32,000 nt of DNA. It comes from an uncultured archaeon (GTDB lineage Archaea > Asgardarchaeota > Jordiarchaeia > Jordiarchaeales > Jordiarchaeaceae). Numbering within the stretch: the stretch's first letter is position 1; each line of letters starts with the position of its first letter. The translations under genes were made by a program, and so were the position numbers. The notes beneath the pieces are model-generated. The model saw nothing but the letters and a program-made list of their open reading frames with translations. It ran no database searches and was not told where the DNA came from. The DNA lies in assembly GCA_964510585.1 (NCBI GenBank), contig CAZECW010000187.1, positions 30,001 to 62,000 of the forward strand, in the 5' to 3' direction. Below, piece after piece: positions 17,903-26,622 of this stretch.

Positions 17903-18763
17903 ATGGTGGCGCAGATACTCGACGGCAAACAGATTGCAAGTAGCATAGAAAACGAGATAATAGAGGAAACAAAGGAGCTCATAGAAAAACACGGCGTAAC
18001 ACCCGGCCTTGCAGTTATTCTTGTGGGAAGCGATCCCGGCTCTCAAGTCTACGTAAACATTAAGAAAAAAACCAGCAGTAGACTTTCTTTCCACTTTGAA
18101 GAACACGTGTTTCCAGACACCGCGAAAGAGGAGGAAATAATTGAGCTCATCCAAAGATTAAATGATGATGACAAGATTCATGGGATTCTGGTTCAGCTCC
18201 CCCTGCCAAAACACTTAGATGAAAACAGGATACTCTCAGCTATTTCACCTGAAAAGGATGTGGACGGTTTGCACCCCCTAAACATGGGTAAACTACTCCT
18301 GAGACAGGAGGGTTTCATCCCAAACACGCCCGCCGGCATATTAGAGATGCTTAAGAGAAGCAATATAGACGTGAAGGGAAAGGATGTTGTAATAGTAAAC
18401 AGGAGCAAAATTGTGGGAAGACCACTTATGGTTTTACTAATAAATAACGATGCCACAGTCACCGTTTGCCACACCAAAACAAAAGGTATAAAATCACACA
18501 CGAGTCGTGCAGACATCCTTGTGGCAGCGGTGGGTAAACCAAATTTTGTTACCGCCGATATGGTAAAGGAAGGAGCCATAGTGATTGATGTGGGAATAAA
18601 CAGGGTGGAAGGTAAACTGTGTGGAGACGTAGACTTTGAAAATGTTAGAAAAAAGGCCTCCTACATTACCCCCGTTCCAGGAGGCGTTGGTCCACTTACA
18701 GCAATTATGCTTATGAGAAATGTTCTCCTGGCAGCGAAGCGAAGCCTAAAAAAATATGAATAG
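17903..18763 (+). CDS. folD: Methylenetetrahydrofolate dehydrogenase/cyclohydrolase
   Basis: ILDGK, PGLAVILVG.DP.S..YV..K, GILVQLPLP, KDVDGLH, GRSKIVG-like NRSKIVGRP, TPVPGGVGPLT. Confidence 0.96.
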   Translation: MVAQILDGKQIASSIENEIIEETKELIEKHGVTPGLAVILVGSDPGSQVYVNIKKKTSSRLSFHFEEHVFPDTAKEEEIIELIQRLNDDDKIHGILVQLPLPKHLDENRILSAISPEKDVDGLHPLNMGKLLLRQEGFIPNTPAGILEMLKRSNIDVKGKDVVIVNRSKIVGRPLMVLLINNDATVTVCHTKTKGIKSHTSRADILVAAVGKPNFVTADMVKEGAIVIDVGINRVEGKLCGDVDFENVRKKASYITPVPGGVGPLTAIMLMRNVLLAAKRSLKKYE

Positions 18764-18838
18764 TGTTACGCTCTAAATTTTCATTCTTCTGGTTTTATGG
18801 GCATTGAAAAGTATGGAAAAAAAGGAAGGATTTTTGCT

Positions 18839-19642
18839 TTATTCGTACCTTTTCCGGAACCAGTCTGGCAATACGTATCCGATGTAAGTAGGCATAGCAG
18901 ATATCATTACAAGGGTCCATCCTACAAATAGGAAAATTGTCCAACCTCCTAAGATGCTGTCAAGGAGATAGCTTAGGAAGAACAGGATGAATAGCACAGC
19001 TGTAATTGACACTAATAGAAAGCCTCTCTTGTAGACTTTACTGTCCGTTATTCGCATAGCTTTAATGGAGTAATAAATCAGCAAGCCTTGAGTAACTAGT
19101 CCCAGCATAAAGATGAGGAACCAGTTAACTGTTATGTATATGTTTCCTATGAGGAATGCAATCACTACCCCCATGAAAATCAAGTAGGGTACAACATATT
19201 TTATCCTCACTTCCTTGAAGGCCTCAAAGGTGAACAAATAGATGAAAAGATGTCCTATTGCTGCCGGTATGAGCGCGGCGCTCCACTGGTAAACTAGAAG
19301 CGTTGGATACCCTTCAAAGTGGAGAATTATTGATGTTGTTGTCTGGTCGAAAATCAATAACACTCTTCGCATATCTAGTGGAATTGGGTAGCCAGTCAAC
19401 AAGTATGGTATAATGGTGTAATCCATTAGTATTAATCCCCAGTACTTGGTGTATATAAGGTGTCCATAAGCGGCCATTAAAGCGCCCAAGGTGAACATCA
19501 AATAAGTTAGGGCCAAATACTTGATGGCTTTTCTTTGTTTTTCGCGGTAACGCTGTGCAAAGAGGACACTGAAACCCAAAAGTAATATCGCCATCAAAAT
19601 CTCGTATATCACCAGCTCGTATAAAATGGTTAAATTGATCAC
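18839..19642 (-). CDS. Stand-alone polytopic (about 7 TM) membrane protein of unknown function
   Basis: GTG start; about seven hydrophobic segments; basic loops (RYREKQRK, SKVYKRG); C-terminal LPDWFRKRYE; no soluble domain. Confidence 0.75.
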   Translation of the reverse strand: MINLTILYELVIYEILMAILLLGFSVLFAQRYREKQRKAIKYLALTYLMFTLGALMAAYGHLIYTKYWGLILMDYTIIPYLLTGYPIPLDMRRVLLIFDQTTTSIILHFEGYPTLLVYQWSAALIPAAIGHLFIYLFTFEAFKEVRIKYVVPYLIFMGVVIAFLIGNIYITVNWFLIFMLGLVTQGLLIYYSIKAMRITDSKVYKRGFLLVSITAVLFILFFLSYLLDSILGGWTIFLFVGWTLVMISAMPTYIGYVLPDWFRKRYE

Positions 19643-19915
19643 TTTCGCATCCCCAAATATGTTATTCTAACTATTTTTTTCTGTGGTCTTTAATTATTAT
19701 TTAGAAAAGTCCATAATTATAGCTTTTTTGGATAAAAAACTTTTATGCAGGGTTGGCGTAGAGCTTTAACTTTTTAGTAAGAACATTTAAGAGATTCTAA
19801 AACATGTTTTTAGGAGATTCACCACTAAAGCTGATGGTTAATAGGTAGATTTTTTACGGAAAATGCTTATTGTGACTCCTTGGAGTATACCCTATTAAAG
19901 GGAGTTGAAAAAGTA

Positions 19916-21451
19916 ATGGTGATTAAGAGGGCTTTAATCAGTGTTTCAGATAAGAGCGGAATCCTTGATTTTGCCTTAAAACTACATGAAATGGGCGTCG
20001 AAATAATTGCCACAGAGGGCACAGCGGAACTGCTGAAAAAGTCTGTCCCCGTAACCCCTGTTTCCAGCATTACCAAGTTTCCCGAGATGCTCGATGGACG
20101 GGTAAAAACACTTCACCCCCTGATCCACGCTGCCATACTTGCAAAACGAATTCCTGAACATTTGAGTCAACTTGAGAAGCTCGGAGTTGCACCCATAGAT
20201 ATGGTGGTAGTTAATCTTTATCCCTTTAAAAAAATCATTAAAGAAAGTGATGATTTGGAGAGAGCCCTGGAGAACATTGACATTGGCGGTGTAACACTGA
20301 TTAGATCCGCCGCAAAGAACTATAAAGACGTAGTTGTGGTGGTAAATCCTTCAAGATACGCTGAAATCATAGAGGAGTTGGAGGAAGGGGGAAATGTCAG
20401 CACAAAAACTAGGCAAATTTTGGCGATTGAAGCATTCCTACACACTGCTGAGTACGATGACATAATCTCCAGTTTTCTACAAAAGAAGTTTATTCCCGAA
20501 GAGGAATTTCCAAAAAATCTGAGTCTAAGGTATCACAAGATTCAAGATTTGAGTTATGGCGAGAATCCACATCAAAAGGCGGCGTTTTATAGGGAGCCTG
20601 ATGTTGTAGAGCCATGTGTGGCTAACGCAATCCAACTACATGGTAAGCCCCTTTCATTTAACAATGTCTACGATGCCAATGCGGCTTTCGAATTGGTAAA
20701 GGAATTTGAGGAGCCTGCTGTGGCAATCATAAAACACACTAATCCCTGCGGTGCAGCCATTGGAAAAACAATCAGCGAAGCCTATAGGAAAGCCTACGAA
20801 ACGGATAAAGTGTCTGCGTATGGGGGCATTGTGGGCTTAAACCGAGAGGTGGATAGGGAAACTGCAGAGCAAATAGCCTCAACATTTATTGAGGTGGTAA
20901 TTGCGCCGGGCTTCAGCGACGAGGCTCTCAAAATCCTAAAACAGAAGAAAAATCTAAGATTACTAAAAACACCACCCGTAACTAGGACTCTACCAGGCTG
21001 GGATATGAAAAAGGTTGTGGGTGGACTCTTGGTGGAAACCATGGATGTGGGTAAAATAGATCCAAACCAATTCAGGGTGGTGAGTAGGAGAAAACCCAGC
21101 GAAAAGGAGTGGAAGGCAGCGCTTTTTGGTTGGACACTGGTAAAATACGTAAAATCAAACGCCATTGTTCTTGTAACCGAAGACATGGCTGTGGGAATCG
21201 GAGCCGGCCAGATGAGTAGAGTAGACTCGGCAAAGATTGCCATAGAGAAAGCCGGGGAAAGGGCTAGGGGAGCTGTTCTGTGTTCAGACGGCTTCATTCC
21301 TTTCAGGGACACCGTCGACGAGGCGGCAAAGGTGGGTGTAACCGCAATAATCCAGCCAGGAGGTTCGGTAAGAGACAAAGAGGTCACTGAGGCGGCTGAT
21401 GAACACGACATGGTGATGATCCACACCGGAATAAGACATTTCAGACACTAG
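19916..21451 (+). CDS. purH: Bifunctional AICAR transformylase/IMP cyclohydrolase
   Basis: RALISVSDK, DGRVKTLHP, IDIGG.TLIRSAAKN, YGENPHQ, KHTNPCG, GAGQMSRVD, SDGFIPF, QPGGS.RD, RHFRH. ATG 19916 preferred. Confidence 0.97.
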   Translation: MVIKRALISVSDKSGILDFALKLHEMGVEIIATEGTAELLKKSVPVTPVSSITKFPEMLDGRVKTLHPLIHAAILAKRIPEHLSQLEKLGVAPIDMVVVNLYPFKKIIKESDDLERALENIDIGGVTLIRSAAKNYKDVVVVVNPSRYAEIIEELEEGGNVSTKTRQILAIEAFLHTAEYDDIISSFLQKKFIPEEEFPKNLSLRYHKIQDLSYGENPHQKAAFYREPDVVEPCVANAIQLHGKPLSFNNVYDANAAFELVKEFEEPAVAIIKHTNPCGAAIGKTISEAYRKAYETDKVSAYGGIVGLNREVDRETAEQIASTFIEVVIAPGFSDEALKILKQKKNLRLLKTPPVTRTLPGWDMKKVVGGLLVETMDVGKIDPNQFRVVSRRKPSEKEWKAALFGWTLVKYVKSNAIVLVTEDMAVGIGAGQMSRVDSAKIAIEKAGERARGAVLCSDGFIPFRDTVDEAAKVGVTAIIQPGGSVRDKEVTEAADEHDMVMIHTGIRHFRH

Positions 21452-21545
21452 ATATCAGAACCTAAAACTCGTAGGATTTTTAAGCTGGCCAATTCTTTTT
21501 TTACCTAGGGTTCTTTTAGTCCATAATTCTTGGAAGGAAACTATA

Positions 21546-22514
21546 ATGCAGGAGTTATTGGTTCCGCCCGATGTTCTAAAACTGCTCAAAAAGCAGAAAT
21601 ACCAGATTGTTGGGAGGCACTCTGCAGTTAAAAAATGCCGCTGGCTGCATAACAGCCTAGTTCAGGGCAGACACTGCTATAAGCAGGAATGGTACAACAT
21701 CAAATCCCACAGATGCTTGCAGATGACCCCCACGGTAATCCACTGTACAAATCGCTGCCTTTCCTGCTGGCGTGTGGAGCCGGGAGACCTAGGATACCAT
21801 TGGGACCAGTTAGCTTTTGGAGCGGACGTAGACGACCCAGAGGAAATAGTTGAAGGGTGCATCAAAGCTCAGAGAAAAATTTTATCCGGCTTTAATCCCT
21901 CTCACCACACTAAGGTCTCCTTGGAGAAGTGGAGGGAGGCTATGGAGCCCAAACATGTGGCGATAAGTTTGGCTGGTGAGCCAACCCTTTATCCCCGCCT
22001 GAGTGATTTGATTGAAGAATTTCACAGTAGAAGAATGACCACCTTTCTTGTAACCAATGGAAATCTTCCCGAGGTACTCGCAGAGATTACAGAGCCCACA
22101 CAACTGTATGTTTCCGTTTATGGGCCGAATAAAGAGGTTTACAATAGGGTTTGTCGTCCTCTCCTCAGCGATGCTTGGGAGAGACTGATGAGATCCTTGG
22201 AACTGTTAGGCAGTTTCAGTTGCCCCACGGTTATGCGGCTGACACTAACCAATGGTTTAAATTTTATAGACCCAGAGGGTTATGCTAAACTGGTTGATAG
22301 GGCCAATCCTACATATGTGGAGTGTAAGAGCTATGTTTCTGTTGGTTACTCCCTCAACCGTGGTTTGAATGCGGATAATATGATTTGGGCTGCTGACGTG
22401 AGGAAATTTGCGGAGAAAATTGCTGAGTTTTCCGGGTACAACCTTATTGGCCATTCTGTTCCCAGCAGGGTCACACTTCTGAGCAGGTTGGAGAAGCCAA
22501 TAAAGGTGGCTTAG
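21546..22514 (+). CDS. taw1: 4-demethylwyosine synthase (radical SAM, TYW1/Taw1)
   Basis: HSAVK.C.W, CYKQ.WY.I.SHRC.QMTP, CTNRCLSCWR, SLAGEP.LYP, FLVTNG. Confidence 0.96.
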   Translation: MQELLVPPDVLKLLKKQKYQIVGRHSAVKKCRWLHNSLVQGRHCYKQEWYNIKSHRCLQMTPTVIHCTNRCLSCWRVEPGDLGYHWDQLAFGADVDDPEEIVEGCIKAQRKILSGFNPSHHTKVSLEKWREAMEPKHVAISLAGEPTLYPRLSDLIEEFHSRRMTTFLVTNGNLPEVLAEITEPTQLYVSVYGPNKEVYNRVCRPLLSDAWERLMRSLELLGSFSCPTVMRLTLTNGLNFIDPEGYAKLVDRANPTYVECKSYVSVGYSLNRGLNADNMIWAADVRKFAEKIAEFSGYNLIGHSVPSRVTLLSRLEKPIKVA

Positions 22515-22520
22515 TTTAAG

Positions 22521-23186
22521 TTGGTGGTCGGCTTGAGTGATATTACTGAGGAAGTTCTTAGTTTAGTTGTGGCTGCTACCCTAGCTTCCCAGAGCTACTA
22601 TGTATGTTTACAGCCAGAAATTCTTGGCAAGAAGTATAGGCCAAGTGTTGCGGCCATTAAACCCAGACTAAGCGAGCTTAAAAAACGTGTTGAGAGAGGA
22701 GTTATCCCCCCAGAAATTGTTTACTATCTGGACGATGAGCAGTGGACTGGCGAGACAAACCTCACAAGCGAAACTAAAGAGGGCGGTTTTTCCTATGGAG
22801 AGTTTTTGGGTAACTCACCTTGGGTTGAGAAAAAAGTTGATGGTGGAGCTATTTATTGGCGTTTGAGAGATTACCAGATTCCGTCCCGGGAGTGTGTAAT
22901 GGTTAATTGTGGGTTTGAAAATCCTATAAGGGCTGTGCGTACGCTTAAGGAACTGAAAGACTGCTGTAATAGGGCATACCTAGTATTCCCCTTTTATGTT
23001 GATGAGGATTTTCTTGATCATTGTGTTGATAGTGGCGTTGGTTTCCAAGTTTTTCATCGGGAAGTGGGTTTGCTTAAGGAGCTTGTTCCCGCTGAGTTCG
23101 AGGAGGTGAAGAACCACAAGTCCTTCCGTTTCCTCTGTGAGTTTGTGTTGGGAGAAAATCTGCGTTATAGGGTGGGAGAAAAATAA
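22521..23186 (+). CDS. Hypothetical protein, probable degenerate PD-(D/E)xK-fold with inserted helical domain
   Basis: Fills the gap between taw1 (6 nt) and cooC (17 nt), so it is likely coding. Fold inferred from the pattern of secondary-structure motifs. Confidence 0.55.
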   Translation: MVVGLSDITEEVLSLVVAATLASQSYYVCLQPEILGKKYRPSVAAIKPRLSELKKRVERGVIPPEIVYYLDDEQWTGETNLTSETKEGGFSYGEFLGNSPWVEKKVDGGAIYWRLRDYQIPSRECVMVNCGFENPIRAVRTLKELKDCCNRAYLVFPFYVDEDFLDHCVDSGVGFQVFHREVGLLKELVPAEFEEVKNHKSFRFLCEFVLGENLRYRVGEK

Positions 23187-23203
23187 TTAGGGAGTCTTTA
23201 ACT

Positions 23204-23962
23204 TTGTCTCATGGTATAGTGTTGTCAGTTTCGGGTAAAGGTGGTGTGGGAAAAACAACGTTCACCGCCCTGCTATTACGCGAGCTAGTAGGGTTGGGGA
23301 AATATGATGTGCTTGCCATTGATGCTGATCCCTCTATGAATCTATCTACTGTTCTTGGATGCGGGGTTGGAGGAACAGTTGGGGACTTGGTTGATAGACT
23401 GAGTAGAGAAACGGATTCAGAAGAAATTGATGCCACACTGGAACAAATGATTTGGAAAATTGTGGCTGAAAATCGGACGTTTGACCTTCTCTCAATGGGC
23501 TTCACTGAAAGAGAGGGATGCTACTGTACCGTAAACCGTGTTTTAGCCCGGATAATTGATTCGTTAACAATGCTGTACGACATAGTTTTAATAGATACTG
23601 AGGCGGGATTAGAACACATCAGCCGAAGAACCGACAGGGACGTGGATGCTTTTTTCATAATAACTGATCCCTCAAAGATGGGGCTCCTCACAGTGTTAAG
23701 GATAATTGACCTCACAAAAAAACTACACATTAACTTCAAAGACATATACCTTGTGGGTAATAGATTCCCAAAAAATGCCGAAAAAATGTTGTACGACTTT
23801 GCTCAGGAGATAGGAATTCAGTGCATTGCCTCCCTTCCACTCGATGTGAACATTTCACAGTTTAATCTATTGGGAAAATCCCTCTTGGAACTTCCAGAGA
23901 ATTCAGCAATAATAGAGCCCTTGAAAAACATAGTGAAGAACTATATAAAACCACTCCTTTAA
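23204..23962 (+). CDS. cooC: CooC/AcsF-type ATPase (CODH/ACS nickel-insertion accessory protein)
   Basis: SGKGGVGKTT, IDADP, EGCYC, IDTEAGLEH.SR, GNR. Confidence 0.88.
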   Translation: MSHGIVLSVSGKGGVGKTTFTALLLRELVGLGKYDVLAIDADPSMNLSTVLGCGVGGTVGDLVDRLSRETDSEEIDATLEQMIWKIVAENRTFDLLSMGFTEREGCYCTVNRVLARIIDSLTMLYDIVLIDTEAGLEHISRRTDRDVDAFFIITDPSKMGLLTVLRIIDLTKKLHINFKDIYLVGNRFPKNAEKMLYDFAQEIGIQCIASLPLDVNISQFNLLGKSLLELPENSAIIEPLKNIVKNYIKPLL

Positions 23963-24052
23963 AGGGAACTGAGTGCTGGCTACGAAAGATTAGGTTTGGA
24001 TTCCCAAATTTTTAAATCCTTTAAAACAGTTTTGTAAGGTCATAACCTGAAA

Positions 24053-24532
24053 TTGGGGTGGTCAAAATTGGTTGAGCTGACTGAGGAAAACATTAAGCTG
24101 ATAAAAAACTATTTGAACTCTTCACCTTACTATAAACTGTTAGGAATGGAAGTCGTAGATATAAACGAAAATTACTCCAAACTAAGAATACCCTTCAAAA
24201 ATGATTTGCTTCAGATACAGGGTGTCGTACATGGGGGAGTTGTGGCTTCCATTGCTGACGCAGCTGTAGCCATAGCATTATTCTCATTAGTTGATTTGGG
24301 AGACATTTTATCCACTATCGAAATTAAGGTAAATTATTTAGCGCCAGTAAAGTCTGGAGAAATCATCGCAGAAGGAAGAATAATTCATAAAGGGTCCAGA
24401 ATAGCCCTAGGGGAGGCAGATGTCAAAAATGAGGGCAGACTTGTGGGTAAAGCCCTAGCCACCTACATGATAATCAAAGGTGAGGGTAAAAATACACCTT
24501 TCCAAAAGTGGAGGCAGCAGACCAAGAAGTGA
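24053..24532 (+). CDS. PaaI-family hot-dog thioesterase
   Basis: LLGME, QGVVHGGVVASIAD.A, TIEIKVNYLAP. Confidence 0.92.
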   Translation: MGWSKLVELTEENIKLIKNYLNSSPYYKLLGMEVVDINENYSKLRIPFKNDLLQIQGVVHGGVVASIADAAVAIALFSLVDLGDILSTIEIKVNYLAPVKSGEIIAEGRIIHKGSRIALGEADVKNEGRLVGKALATYMIIKGEGKNTPFQKWRQQTKK

Positions 24533-24587
24533 ACTAGACTATTCTCCCGATTTTGGATTTTGGCATACGTTTTTGGGTGTTTCTTTG

Positions 24588-24818
24588 TCACTTTACCTTT
24601 TTTGTGAATATTGTTCTGGTCTCCGTGATTCCTCCAATTCTTCTAACCTTATCCAGCACGAAATCTATACCTGTTTCCACATCTTTAATGTCGATTTCCG
24701 CCAGAAAATCGTATTCTCCAGTAAGCAAATAGACTGCACTAACTTCATCCAGTTTCGCTAAATCCTGAGCCACCTTCATTTCCTTTCCAACCGCAACCCT
24801 TCCAATTAGTATTATCAT
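24588..24818 (-). CDS. Stand-alone Lrp/AsnC ligand-binding domain protein
   Basis: LIGRV..GKE..VA..L, LLTGEYDFLA, IGGITETRT; no HTH. Confidence 0.85.
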   Translation of the reverse strand: MIILIGRVAVGKEMKVAQDLAKLDEVSAVYLLTGEYDFLAEIDIKDVETGIDFVLDKVRRIGGITETRTIFTKKVK

Positions 24819-24920
24819 TCTCTTCCCTCCAAAATTTTTAATACAATTAACTCTTCGACAAATCTATTACCCAATAGAGATATTAAATATGCCCAGTAAG
24901 ATGCGGGAATTATGAAGCTT

Positions 24921-25727
24921 TTAAATGAGGCCCTTTAACTCCTTAATTTTATTTACAATTTGGGGCAAAGCCACATCTGCTGGTCTTCTAATTACCACAT
25001 CACACAAATCTGAGATGCCAGTTTCGTAGGGATTAACTTCAATCAACCAGGCGTTATTCATCTGTTTTGCCCTGATAGGTAATCCCGCAGCAGGATACAC
25101 AAGTGCGCTTGTTCCTATGGTGAGCATACAGTCTGATTTTGAGGCTTCCACAAAGCACTTTTTGAGCACATCTTGGGGGATGGGCTCGCCGAAGAATACG
25201 GTGTCAGTTTTAATTATTCCTCTTTTGCATGTTGGGCATTTGGGTGGTAGGCTGTCGATGGTTATGGAAAATGTTTGGGGTTCAAATCTTTGGCCGCACT
25301 CTATGCATCTTAGGAGGAACGCGTTCCCGTGGATTTCGGCGATGTTTTGGCTGCCAGCTCTGCGGTGGAGATTGTCTATGTTCTGTGTAATTACACATTT
25401 TAGGAATCCCATTTTTTCTAATTCGGCTAGGGCGAAGTGTGAGGGGTTGGGTTTAGCTGTTGAGAGTGTTTCAATGAAATCCCGGTAAAATCCAGTTCTG
25501 GTGAGTCTTTCTCTCCACCACTTTACGGGGTCTTCAAGAAATCTCTGGTAACCGTTTGGTGGTGGTTCTCCATGTTTTGTCCAGAGTCCACCTGGGCCTC
25601 TGAATGGTGGTATTCCGCTGGCTACGGATATTCCGGCTCCTGTAAGAGCTACCACATATTTAGAAGTGATAATTATTCTGGCTGCGTCCTCGATTTCCTC
25701 TCCATACTCTTTGAAGATCTGTCCCAT
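24921..25727 (-). CDS. cobB: Sir2-family NAD-dependent protein deacylase
   Basis: TGAGIS.ASGIP.FRG, TQNIDNLH, HGN, CxxC..CxxC, FGE, GTSA.VYPAA, VNP. Confidence 0.95.
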   Translation of the reverse strand: MGQIFKEYGEEIEDAARIIITSKYVVALTGAGISVASGIPPFRGPGGLWTKHGEPPPNGYQRFLEDPVKWWRERLTRTGFYRDFIETLSTAKPNPSHFALAELEKMGFLKCVITQNIDNLHRRAGSQNIAEIHGNAFLLRCIECGQRFEPQTFSITIDSLPPKCPTCKRGIIKTDTVFFGEPIPQDVLKKCFVEASKSDCMLTIGTSALVYPAAGLPIRAKQMNNAWLIEVNPYETGISDLCDVVIRRPADVALPQIVNKIKELKGLI

Positions 25728-25929
25728 TCTTCTATCAGCTCGCTCAGCACAGGAATAGTTTTGATGTTTTCAAGAGAGCTAATTATAATTTGTTAATTAT
25801 ATTTAAAATCGTTGTGTTGCGTCTAACTGTTTTTTGTGTTATGTGTGGGAAACGAATGAGAAAGATTCAAATTAGCCGTGTACATTATCCTCTCAAAATT
25901 CTGAATTGTTTCCTTTGCCCTTCAGAAGT

Positions 25930-26622
25930 ATGATTGATGAGGAGAATAAGTTGACTAATGATGAAACAGTTGAAACAAGCGATTTGGAGAGTATAGTGAA
26001 CCGTATTGCTAGTTATCTTAATGAACAATACAATTTGAGGGAGTCAACCCTCACTCTCTCCCGAGACATAATTAGGCTCTCGGGACAAGCTGTTAGATTC
26101 ATTCATCGTCTGGATTTCGATAAAGCTATGAAAAAAATTGAAGAAGCCAAAATTAAAGTGGACGAGATAAATAAAAAGCTTGAAAAGTACCCTGAATTTA
26201 AAGATAAGGGCTTCATTAGTTCAGCCTATCAGGAATATGCGGAGGCTAACCTTCTTTTTTCGCTTCTCAAATATAACAAGTTTGTTTCCTTCGAGGCCTT
26301 GGACGTGCCATGTGTTTCCTATCTTTTGGGTTTGGGAGATCTGGTTGGTGAGTTGAGAAGGCATATTCTGGACTCCATAAGGCGAGAGGATATAGAGAAG
26401 GCCGAATCCTTACTTGACCTTATGGAGGAAGTGTACACGCTTCTTATGACCATTGATTATCCTGAAGCCTTAACCTCGGGATTAAGGCGCAAATGCGACG
26501 TTGCCAGAAGCCTAGTTGAAAAAACCCGCGGCGATATAACCCTGGCGATTCAAAACAAGCAGCTCATAAAGAAGATGCAAGATTTGTCAGAGCTCCTCGG
26601 AGGGAAAAAGGACGAAGTTTGA
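25930..26622 (+). CDS. Translin/TRAX-family protein
   Basis: RE..L.LSR.IIR.S, QEYAEA, YLLGLGDL.GELRR, GLRRKCDVARSL.EKT. Stop TGA at 26620-26622. Confidence 0.9.
   Translation: MIDEENKLTNDETVETSDLESIVNRIASYLNEQYNLRESTLTLSRDIIRLSGQAVRFIHRLDFDKAMKKIEEAKIKVDEINKKLEKYPEFKDKGFISSAYQEYAEANLLFSLLKYNKFVSFEALDVPCVSYLLGLGDLVGELRRHILDSIRREDIEKAESLLDLMEEVYTLLMTIDYPEALTSGLRRKCDVARSLVEKTRGDITLAIQNKQLIKKMQDLSELLGGKKDEV

Noticed and set aside
18839-19642. Rhodopsin or GPCR identity for the 7TM protein
   Set aside because: No retinal-binding Lys in helix 7 and no recognisable GPCR motifs.
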